The notes under the pieces are model-generated. The model did not search any database and was not told the origin of the DNA. It saw nothing but the letters and a program-made list of their open reading frames with translations. From contig OZ287754.1 in assembly GCA_965649765.1 (NCBI GenBank), positions 59,086,001-59,150,000 of the forward strand: 64,000 nt of DNA, given 5' to 3'. Source of the stretch: Bispira polyomma. Its lineage: Eukaryota. Both the position numbers and the translations under genes were made by a program. Below, one piece after another: positions 41,801-53,800 of the stretch (the first letter of the stretch is position 1; each line of letters begins with the position of its first letter).

Positions 41801-44800
41801 TCAGAAATTTGTGCCCTTGATCTCATCATTAAGGCTGTTAATTTTGGCTGTCTAGTTACTTTTAAATCTTCCTTATATTTTTCAAGGCATACCATATCTT
41901 CATGTTGAATATTTTGGTCTGGATAGTTTCTTTGCGCAAGCTTAGTTTCTAATGCCGTAATTTTAATCTCTAAATCTTTTTCCTTTTGTAAATTATTTTT
42001 CTTTTTAAAGGCTGCATATCTAATTGTTATTCCCCTTATTCGTAACTTTATTACTTCAAATAACATTTGTTTTGAACAGATACATGTATTGTGACCATCC
42101 GTTTTGCAAAAATCTAATTCTATATTTTTTAATTCATTTTTAACTTTTTTGACATAATCTGGGTCATATAACAAAGACACATTAAATTTCCAAAATCCTT
42201 TACCTCTGGTTAACTCTTGCATATCAATTTCAATTCCCACAAACGAATGATCACTTCTATATCCAAAAGATATAATATGTTTACTAATTTTAGAATGAAT
42301 GTCAGATGATACCAAAAAATAATCTAATCTAGCCATTTGCAGTGGTTTTTTGGCACTTGTCCATGTATAACACTGTGCTTCAGGATTCACAGATCTCCAT
42401 GTGTCAACAAGCTCATAAATATCTATGATATTTTGTAATTTTCCCCTGGACTTTGGATTATTTTCTTTTTTATATCCCAAAGTATCTTTTTCAAAATTTA
42501 GGACCAAATTCCAGTCTCCACACAATATAACTGGGACCTCAGTTTTATCTTGTAGTAAAGTATTAATATTATTATAGAATTCTGGAGAATCCCTATTTGG
42601 GCCGTATATCACTACTAGCCAAAATGTGATTGTATTTTCTATATCAATCTTAACCATTAAAACATTGCCATTATCATCTTTATAAACATCTGAAATTTTC
42701 AAATCAATTTTATTTTCAAACAATATAGCTACCCCTCTAGAATCAGATGCGACCACATTAGTTAGGACCTGTCCACCCCACTCCTGTTTTAATAGAAGTT
42801 CTTTACCAGGGCCTACATGGATATCTTGTAAACAATATATCGAAAAGTGTTTTTGTTTGAGCCAGTTGAAAAGATCATTTCGTTTTGTTTTATCAGTTAT
42901 ACCTCTGACATTCATACTACAAATTTTTAACTTGGTCATCATCATTAGACAAACAATTGTAATACTCTAAAAGTTTCAAAATTAAGGATAACTATCACAT
43001 CCAATTCCATTTTAAAATGTTTATATTGAAGTTTACTACTGTATAACAGAAGCCATTGAATAGAAATAATCTTTACTAAAAGTTCTGTTAAACTCTCATT
43101 TATTACTTCATAGTATAAAATGGGCCTAAGTTCATATAAATAATCATTAATTCTAGCACTAATGGTATTTCTTTCACACTGACCACAAAGTTTTGTGACA
43201 AATTCAACACAGATCAAAACGTGAAATATAACACTAAGCACAAGTGACAATATTAAAGTACTGTAAATTACACAAAAACAGCTCTCCTCTTCAACAAGTA
43301 AAAAAAAACAAAAATAGGAAACCCAAATTAAAGCCTGAAATTAGAAGCTGGTGTTCCCTTGAAAGACTTTTCGGTGTTAATGTTGTAAAGATCAAAATGA
43401 ACAAGGAAAAACACTGGGTTGGAATAAGGACTCTGAGGCCCAGTACACATCAAGTATAATTTTACTTCTGTGCAGGTCATTTCAGTCCACCACATGAATT
43501 TTAGAGGGGCCATCTCACAAGTTTTTTGCCCCTGTATATGGCATTTTTCTAAATTGTCCTATTTTTCTTTCTTGTCAGCTATGTTCTATAGAATACACCA
43601 CACACAAAATGACACTATATTAACATCTAAAGATGAATATATTTTATTAACCACTAAGAGAATTTACATGTTTCCTATCTTTTCTTTTTTTAAGGGGAAA
43701 TAACATATTATACTACAATATATTGTTGTGTAGCAAGATTAGTGACTGTCATTCACCTATCAATGGCTTTATAAATTATTTTTTGTTTGATTCCTCTTAC
43801 TTTTATACATATATAAATTGTCCCAATGGAAGAAAAAAAACAAAAATGAATGCAATACTACACTACTTACAGATCTTACAGTTCGCTTCTAACTTGCATT
43901 AAGCACTGGCCAAGTTTATTTTGTCCTTTTCCTCTGTGTGCATTCTTGTCTGTAATGCTGACACCACTTCCCCAGAACGAGTCATATTTGTTGCACTCTA
44001 TCAGCTGTCTTTCACCAGTATCCTTTAGGAATTTGAGTAATTGTTTATTTTGTTCGAATTTAGCCCTCAAACACGTTGTCATCGCCTGTACTGCAAACTT
44101 TTGTTGCCATTCTTCCTTCTCCAGTCTGGCTGCCAACTTCTTCATCTCTCCTGGATCTTCTTCAAACAGGATATTAGAGGCTATATGGGTCTGACCACAG
44201 AACAGAGCATGCTGGTACTGGTAGTACTGCTCTGAACAGCTGTAACTGATACCATCAACTGTAAAGTTGGTTGGGTAGAAGTTACTGAGTGGGTTGAAGC
44301 GACCATGAAACAAAACACTATCAGCAGAATGTCTCATCCCAATCCTGTGAACATCAACTCCTGGCAGATGATAGCAGTCTTGTAATCCGAGGACTCTTCC
44401 GTTAACACACAATTTAACTTTGAACATATATGCCTTCATCTGCACTCTTCTTGCCTCTTTTAAAACCAGATTAAGCTGTTGCCTAACTCTCACCATCTTA
44501 TCCGGATAATCCTGTAGTATAAAATATTTTGTAAATCCTTGTCCATTTTTCAGTGCAAATCTCCGTTTATACACTTCAACTACATCTGGATAATAGTGGA
44601 ATCTGGCCAGTATAGGTCTTGGCCTATGAAGACCCTTCATGCCTGTTCGGTGGGCATTTACCAACTTTATCCGTTCTCCAGCATTTTCTATTTTTAGATC
44701 CTGTTGTAAGAGTTGTATAACCTTGTGAAAACAGTTTTCATTCTCTGTTTCAGAGATTCCTTCAAAGATTAAATTGTTTCTTCTCGAGTACGCTTCCATG

Positions 44801-47800
44801 TTGGTTAACTTTTCTTGCATCGCTTTGTATTGTTGCTTCATGACCGATTCCAAGCATGTGACTTTTGCGTCACTCACAGTTTTTTGTTTTACATCTCTCA
44901 GATCTTTTTTTAATGTGTTAATTTCTGTTTGGGTAAACGATACAGACTCTTTCAAATTTTCTATTTCTCTACCTTGCTTTTTGACATCAGCTACAACCTT
45001 GTCTACTGTTTTTGTTAAGATATCAAGTTTACTGTTGTTAGCTTTAACCATATGTAGTATTTCCTTTAGCATTAATTCACTATCTGTCTTACCACTAGTT
45101 GAAGTTGGTGAATCTTGTTCACCAAAATCACTCAGTTCATGAAGCATTTCTTCACCTGCTTTAGCCATATTCCCTTTTACAAAGTTTTCCAAAGTTCTTT
45201 GTTTTTTCTCTTCTGGGCTCTTTTTATTATCTGGGGTGTTTTTCTGTGTTTTCTTTTTTGCTTAACCATTACTTGAAAACATCATTTATAGAAGTATGAA
45301 AAAACCAAACCAAACACTAAACTTCTCTGTTTTTACCAATATGTCAATATTAACCACACAATATGTATCATGCATATCAATGTCCTTCACAGGAATGCAT
45401 GATTTTCAAGAGTTCCATTAAAACTAAAATATAGCACGTAAACCAAAATAATTCATATCTTCATGTTCCATGTAGTTATCACGACAATATTTCAGAAGTA
45501 TTGTTTATAACTGACATTATATAACTATAATATTTGCCAAATATAGCAGGAACCAGAAAACCTGTGTCAGGCCATTTTGAGGGGCCGTTTCAAAAACGAA
45601 TTGTTCTTAGAAATTTCTTAGTCTAAGAAAAATTCTAAAAAAAATCTGTAATTCTAAGAATCAGAATGTTTGTCAATATAGCCCCAGCCCATTAAACACC
45701 CTGGCTTCAGGGGTTTCCTCTTTAGCTCAACTGTTAAGTGTGCGATCATTAATCTTAAGATCCGCATGGGACACGGTTCCAATCCCAGCAGAAGCCAGTT
45801 TCCATCTGTAAAGTTTTGAAAGACCAGTTGTAATCTACACCATATGCTATTATTTTATTGTGTATTCAATATATGTTAAATGACACTGCCGGTTGCTATA
45901 TAGTATGTAACACTAAATTTTTTGTAAATTATTAAAAACTCAAGTATGTCAAATATGTACATGTACGTATCAGTGACTGTTCTGTTAAACGATGTACCTA
46001 AAAATATGACTATAAATATTTACTTAATGATGTAAATTTCTACAATTTTATGGAGAATCTTTTGCCTGTGTAAAGTCATAAATATATACTTAATGAGGGA
46101 AACTTCTAGGAAAGTTATAGAACATCTTTTGTTTCTTTAAATAGCACTCCACAGATGATTCTGTATTTGGCATATAATGTGTACTGAATGCCATATTTGC
46201 ACTTTACTGTGTACCAGTAATATACTGTCCTGATAAATTCTTCATTGGAAACCCATTTTCTTGTATAAAGACAAATAGTAAGGCTTTCATGTTTTTGGCT
46301 ATATCAAAATGTGTTAGTTCCACAACAATTCTGTGAGAGTTGATTAATTTGTAACCCCAAACTTTTCTGTTCCTTGTATATTAACAATCTCTCTCTGTAT
46401 ATACCAATATAGATATTCTATTAGTTGGGGTTTTTTTTCTTATCTTTTTTATTTTATTGTCAGTTTATTGAGCTTTACTATGTTATCATTCATTTTTTCA
46501 TGCTGTTATCCTAAAGATGTGGTGACCTGTGGAGATACAATATAATTACCTTAAGTGAAACATGGCTAAATGACCAGGATAATCTAGAGGACTTTGCTAT
46601 TGATGGATTTCAAATGCCATTTGTTCTAAATAGGAGTAACCTAGGGGGTGGGGTGCTGTGTTGGGTTGCAAATAACATTGCAGCTAAAAGAAGGATAGAT
46701 TTGGAATTACCTGAAATCGAAACAATGTGGTCAGATGTCAGAGTTAATACAAATAAGTTTTTGCTATGCGTTGCTTACCGACCTCCATCCTGTAGTGACT
46801 TCTGGGTTCATCTACAAAATAGCCTTGACAACATCATAAGTACCGACTGTAAGAATTTACTATTAATTGGGGACCTAAATGCTGATTTTAACTCCTTACA
46901 GGGCCAGCACTTGAACAGCTTTTTTACTATAAATAATCTTCGCATTCTTGTACATCAACCATCACGTATCACTAATACTGCAAGCAGCGTTCTTGATCAA
47001 TGCTTAACCAATTTCGCTGCGTTCATCAAAACTTCCGAAGTTGAACCACCTTTAGCAAATAACGATCATTGTACTATTTTTGTAAAACTTCTCTTTTGTG
47101 TAAAGAAAACAAAATGCTATAAAAAGACTATGTGGGATTTCAGCAAAATCAATATAGAACAGTATAAAAACTCTTTTGACAACTTTCAATGGAACAGTTT
47201 ATTAAATAAAGATAACATTGATGAAACATGTTATTTACAGAAAGTTATTTACAGACAAAATGTTACTATCAGCTCGAGAATGTATTCCACATAAGGAAGT
47301 GACAGTCCGTTCTTTTGATAAACCTTTTTACAATGGCTATCTACGTAGATTACGAGGTAAAGTTAACCGCCTATACTCTAAGGCAAAATGCGCAAATACC
47401 GTTTCTTCATGGGATAACTATAGGCATGAAAGAAATTTTTATTATCGTGAAGTCAGTCGTTGTAAGAATGACCATCTAAATAAGGTCTATATGAAACTTA
47501 ATGCAGAAAATTTCAATAATGGCTCATTCTTTAAACTAGCAAAATCTTTTTTGAAAAAGCCTACTGATAAATCTATTCCCCCTATGTTATCTCAGGATGG
47601 TACTCTGATAACTGATGATAAAGAAAAACCAAATGCTTTTCATTCTTTTTTTGCCAAAGCTAGTATATTAAGAGAAGAGCAGGCTCAATTGCCAGTTGAT
47701 AACACCCCATTGGGTGGTGTTTTACACAACATTGTAGTGTCAGAAAAATAAGTACTTGACCAGATATCAATACTTAACTGTAACAAATCATATGGCCCCG

Positions 47801-50800
47801 ATGGTCTTTCACCTAAATTTATAAAACTAGCAAATCGCTTATTGGTAAAGCCGTTAACAAAATTATTCAACCTTTCATTGTCTACGGGAAAAGTTCCTAA
47901 GCTGTGGAAACAAGCTAATGTGGTACCGTTACACAAAAAAGACAGCAAGAATGTGTTAGGACACTATCGACCTGTATCTCTTCTCAGTATTTTGGGAAAG
48001 ATGTTAGAGAGAATAGTTTTTAAGTACTTATATAATCATTTTAAAGACAATTTCTTCCTATCAGTTTGGCAATCAGGGTTTTTGCCAGGTTCTTCAACAA
48101 TTACCCAATTAATTGAAATATATAATACATTTTGCTCAGCGGTATCTCAAAACAAAGAAATACGAGTTGTGTTTCTTGATATTTCTAAAGTCTTCGATCA
48201 CGTTTGGCATCGGGGATTGTTATTCAAACTGAAGAGATGGAGTATCAGTGGTACATTACTCCAGTGGTTTGAAGATTACCTAAAAGACAGGGTTCAACGA
48301 GTTGTTATCAATGGTCAATTTTCAGATTGGAGCAAAATATTTGCTGGGGTACCACAGGGATCAGTACTGGGGCCTCTTTTGTTTTTGGTTTTTATTAATG
48401 ATATTACAGAAGTTGTAAAAAATTGTAGCTTAAGACTTTTTGCAGATGATACTTTCCTTTTTATTGAAGTTGACAATCGAATAGATTCAGCAATTAAAGT
48501 AAATGAGGACCTAAGAAATATTGAAAAATGGTCTCAGAATTGGCTTGTTACATTCAATCCTTCAAAAACCGAATCAATGATTATTGGCCTCAAACATCAC
48601 AAAAGTGAAAATCCAAGGTTGTACTTACAGAACACACCAATTGTTAATGTGGCTAAACATAAACATGTAGGGCTTTGGCTTGAGGATAACTTGGGCTGGC
48701 ATATGCATATAGATGAAATCAGCACTAAAGCTGGAAAGCGATTGAACATGCTAAAGCAGTTAAAATATCAAGTTAGCAGAATTACACTGGAAAAAATGTA
48801 CTTTGCTTTTATTAGACCCATTTTGGAATATGGTGATGTTGTTTGGGCTGGGGCAAGCCACTCTGATTTACGCAAACTAGATAGCATTCAGGTTAATGCT
48901 ATGAGGTTTGTGTCTGGTGCTCCTTTTAGATCAAACATTCGCTCACTCTTTGAGGAACTAGGCTGGCAAAATTTATGCAGTAGGCGTGAACAGTATGTAT
49001 TGATAATGATGTATAAAATTACACATGATTTAGCTCCGAGTTATCTAAAAAACTTAATTCCTCCTACAATTGGAAGTACCATCACATATCAACTTCGAAA
49101 CCAACATGATTTTCAGGTTCCAAAATGTAGAATAAATATGCATCAAAGTTCTTTCATTCCAGCTGGGATAAAACTCTGGAATGAACTTGACAACTCACTC
49201 AAATATGCAACAACTCTCTCTACATTCAAATACATATTACACAAACGACAATTTAAGTGTAATGGAAAACTAGTTAAATTCCGTAAAAAATTGTTTGTTG
49301 AAGGTGAACGGTACTGGAATGCAATTCATGCTAGAATGTGCATGAATTGTAGCCCTCTTAAGGAACACCTCACAAAATATTTACATGTTTTGAGCAATTG
49401 CACTAGTGACAGTGGCCTATCTGCTGAAAATAATACACATTTCCTTTTAGATTGTATAAACTATGCCATACCGAGACAGTTAATGTTAGCTAAATTATAT
49501 GATATTCCTGCTGTTACAACTGAAACTCTATTATTTGGTAGGTTTGACTTGACATTTGAACAAAACCAGACAATATTTCGAACAGTTCAAGAATTTTTAA
49601 GGAAAACAAACCGGTTTCATAGTTTTTGATTGCTACAGTGCCCACACACCTTCTCATCTTTTCATTCTTCATTCTATGTTACTTTTCTATTTTGTTTCTT
49701 TTGTGTATATATCTTCCTGCAAGAAGGCTTATAATAATCTTTTTGATTTTGCCTGATTGTTTTGTTCCAATAAAATATTGTTTATGAAAAAAATTCAATA
49801 AAAATGGTGCGTATATTCAACACAATAACCCTGACTTCATATTTAAAAGTAAAGTACACCTTACTCCATATATTAACCCCAATTGCCAATTTGCGAGTCT
49901 GTGATGAAAATTCCCGGCGAGGTTTTGTAGTCTCTGACTACTATCCAACTTGTTACTGTTTAGAACATGTTTGTGGAGGGCACAACAAGAATTTAGAACA
50001 ACCAGATGTCAGGGCACTTGGCTAAATATTTGTTTTAATTTTTAAGTTTCTAAATTATGTAAATTAATGGAAGTTATGTCCTAATTTTTACTTATGTGAT
50101 GATCAATTTTGAAAAAAAAGTATTTAGTAAAAGTTTTGAGGGCACTACATGAAATAAAAGCCCTTAAATTTGCTGTAGTGCTCTCTAATTTGAGAATGAG
50201 AGCTCTCCATGAGAATAGAAGAGGTCATGTGACCACTTCTAAGTCAATGAAATCTTCGGCTTAAGTGCTGAGGTATAAATAAACATAGTCATTGTCATTT
50301 GTGTACAAAGGATTTTCTCCAGGCTATGAAACATTCTGGAAACAGAGATTTAAATCTTGTGAAGATTTGTCATGAAAAGTATTCAAGGCGTATTATATTG
50401 GGTTTACTATGTTTAGGCAATTTGACACCCACAATTTTTCCAAAGTTTACCAATAATATAATCTAAAGAAGTAGATGTAGAGAACAAACTCACACAAACA
50501 CTTATTTGCTGAAGATTAATTGAGGAATATATTATCCATTGAATGACTACATTATGAAATGAACTTGTTAAACTGCATGTTCGAAAAAGGGTATCATAAT
50601 GTACTCATGTCATCTATTTTAATATACATTTAAGAACCATGAGTCACTGATGCTGTATATTCCCCTACAGTAAATTATAGTTTACAAAAATTATCATCAA
50701 CAAGAATTATATACCCATCTCTGTAATACAGATCTTTACCAGTTATATATAACAAACGTACATATTATTCTGTAATTACAGAGAATTTCAAATGTTAAGT

Positions 50801-53800
50801 TTTAAAGATTGATGAAGGTTCTGTACATGAACTTGCTTATATATCATTGGTAAACTGGGCATAAAAAAAAAATTTATTTATAACTTCAGAATTTAAGGTA
50901 ACACAGTGTGTACCTATAGTACTTAATATTTCACTTTATTGTAAAATTTAAATGCTATAGGTACTTAATATGGTGGCTGTAAAAATCCTGCTAGGTCATG
51001 GATATTGCACTACACAGCAGTTTAATCCCCCAAAATTTCATCACGTTATGTATGAGCTAAAAGGCCAAGGCCTCATAGCCCAGATAAACACAGCAACTAT
51101 ATTGCTAGATGTATTGATTTATGATCTTGTAGGGTATTCTATTTACATGTACAGTGTACACATATTCCCTGTACAGTACAATATCTCCTGGATCCGTCAC
51201 TAATTTTGCACACAAACTATTTGCTAATAAAACTATACATAACGTACACATATTTACTTGAACACTTCAGAGACCGACACTTCCAGCTTTTTACCTCGTG
51301 AGAAATACAATAAAAAAAATAATAGTGGTTTTTTTTTGTGTATTTCCGGCCTGCAGATTTGGTAAAATTATGTCCGCAATTTTAGCAGCGTAAATGAAAA
51401 CAGCTTGATTGTATTGAGGGTTGATTTTTCAACCACAAACCTTAGGCCATGTAGATATGAGGAGAATAAATTTAGACGTCCACGTATAACTTTTACGCAT
51501 ATATGAAAACAAGGCATATAACTACACTGCTAAGATGCTGCCAGGGGTGTCACTTTTGACTCCTCTAGATTTCTCTCTCTCTATATATATAGATTACTCT
51601 ATGTACTTATTGGCCTTCGTGTGTTTAATTCACTCACTATGGTTTCTTCTGGGTGTTTAGTGTAGGGTCTTACTCAACACTTTGCTCTACTTGAGATGCT
51701 TGAGAAAGTTCTAAGGGGCTCATTTTTGAGTGCCATATATTTCTCTGTACAATTAAGCCTAGTATATATGATTGGTTTTCGTATTTATTTTCACTCACTG
51801 ATTAGTGGAGGTCATTCTTTGGGCTGTAAATGGGCTCCAAACAAGCTTTAAGATCAACTCTGAGACTCAAGCTTAAACCTACGGTATCTCCCTAGATCTC
51901 TGGACTAGTATAAAGATAGGTAAAAATCTGACTGCATATTTGAATTCAGTATTGAAAGCTTTATTAAAATGAATGGTCACAAGTATAGGTTATTTCTACA
52001 GTGAATAGAGTGGGTTGAGCTTGATTTTATTTGGGGGATACAGCCATGGGACCCCAAGCTCAAGTCAAGCTTAAATCTCCTTATATCTCCAGCTGGTGTA
52101 AATATATCTAAAATCTGACAGCATATTTGAATTCAGTACTGAAAGCTCTGGTAAAATGAATGGTCACAAGTATAGGTTATTTCCATGTGCAATGCTTGTT
52201 TCCACATTAGCCTATGTTTGCTCATATCTCCAGCTGGTGTAAATATATCTCAAATTTGACAGCATATTTGAATTCAGTGTCGAAAGCTCTATTAAAATGA
52301 ATGGTCACAAGTATAGGTTATTTCCATGTGCAATGGGCTTATTTCTACATTAGCCTTTGTTCTGAGTTGAGTGTTCAAGCAAGAGTTTATGTTAAAGAAT
52401 TAACAAATATTCTTAGAATGCAATCCTTAAAATCCTCTAAAGTATTAGATTCTTTGAAACAATATTTTCAGCCTATTAAATTGAGTCGAGACAAAAATTT
52501 AAGGATTAGAGGGGAGTAGCCAGGATTTTTCATTTGGTACTTCCCATTTGAATTGCGGGGGAGAGGGGGGGGGGGGAAGGGCTTTGTTCTGTTTGTCATT
52601 AAAAAAATTTTATTCTATTTGGTTTAGATTCATGTTATTAAATAAAAAAAATTATTTATTTTTTTTTCCCCCTGTCATTACTGGCGTTAATGGTGGCTAC
52701 GCCTCTGGATTAAAACCTTTGTGAATACCAGCCCTGGGGTGATATATTGTCGAAAAAAAACTTGTGCGTAAACTCATACCCAACTCAACTGAAGGCCATG
52801 CGAAAATCCTTGTACATGGAAAATAGCCTACACCTTGTGACCATTCATATTGATAGAGCTTTTAACACTCAATTCAAGTCAGATTTCAGATAGTTTTACT
52901 GTGTTTAGAGTTACAGAGATTCCAGATAAGAGTTTCAGCTGAGTGTACATTTGAGATATACAGTGTTTAATGTAGTACGTTTAGTTAAGTTTACTGTTGA
53001 GATGTTTTGTATCTATTTATAGAGAGGCGTGGACAGAGAGAGATCCTACTGGATAACCTCCTCAGTCTACTCAATGAACTTAAAAAGGAGTAAGAGAGTG
53101 GACAGCAGTCAATGGACATACTGGAGGGGTGGGGGATCAGATAGTGGACATAGGGGTCAATGAGTGGACAAAGGGGCATCGTTGGGCACTCTTGCAAATT
53201 CAGAATTGTATCACAGTAAAACGCCTTTAGTCGAACTCTAATTTAACTCAACCAAAATTTAAGCCGAATCAATATAAAAACTGGCGAAAAAAAACTTAAT
53301 AATTTAGCAAAATAGTCACAAAATCTAAATTTCAGTAAATACTACCCACACTTCTACCAAAAAAAAATTTTAGGGTCAAGAATTTTAGATTTCTTAATCA
53401 CTCTACTACTTCCTCCAAAGAAGGTGCTGTTTTCGTGAGTGTCTGTTAGTTTGTTTGTTGGCTTGTTTGTGTTGATAGAAATTTAGGAGCTTGAAACTGT
53501 GTTCATCAAATTAAGTGTTTGGATAATAGAAGTTTGGATAATAGAGGCTCTACTGTACTATCAGATGACACTGACTTTAAGAGGATTTAGGTCTGTAGCT
53601 ATAACTTAAGTACAGACGCTTTTTGATTTTTATACCCCATGGAGAAAGTGTATACTCTACTGAGTTGCTACGGTTTGTAATATATTGGTAAAGTTACTGT
53701 TTAGAAGTTAGAAAATGTATTTTATCTCTGTTTTGGTATTTGATGTGTGTTTGGTACAAAGAAACATATTGCTGACATAATGGTATCACTGTACTAGCCC

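Larger units (their letters stand above)
38783..45597 (-). mobile_element. Full-length L1/Tx1-clade non-LTR retrotransposon (~6.8 kb)
   Basis: ORF1 plus an intact ORF2; poly(A) tail (poly-T at ~38783-38808 on +); target-site duplication GAATTGTTCTT at 38772-38782 and 45598-45608. Confidence 0.93.
38518..45688. mobile_element. MITE (TIRs cagggccttattcacaaagattctt.../...aagaatcagaatgtttgtcaatatagccccag) split by the Tx1-like LINE
   Basis: Left arm 38518-38782 and right arm 45598-45688 are imperfect reverse complements; same TIR family as 36848-36962 and 12068-12186. Confidence 0.75.

Noticed and set aside
41469-45142. Antisense ORFs within the LINE (possible ORF0 analogue)
   Set aside because: Shadow ORFs of coding sequence with no supporting motifs or splice signals.
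45705-45830. tRNA-like sequence (also 620-700, 26140-26230, 26390-26470)
   Set aside because: A/B-box-like heads without a complete cloverleaf, in multiple diverged copies; SINE remnants rather than tRNA genes.
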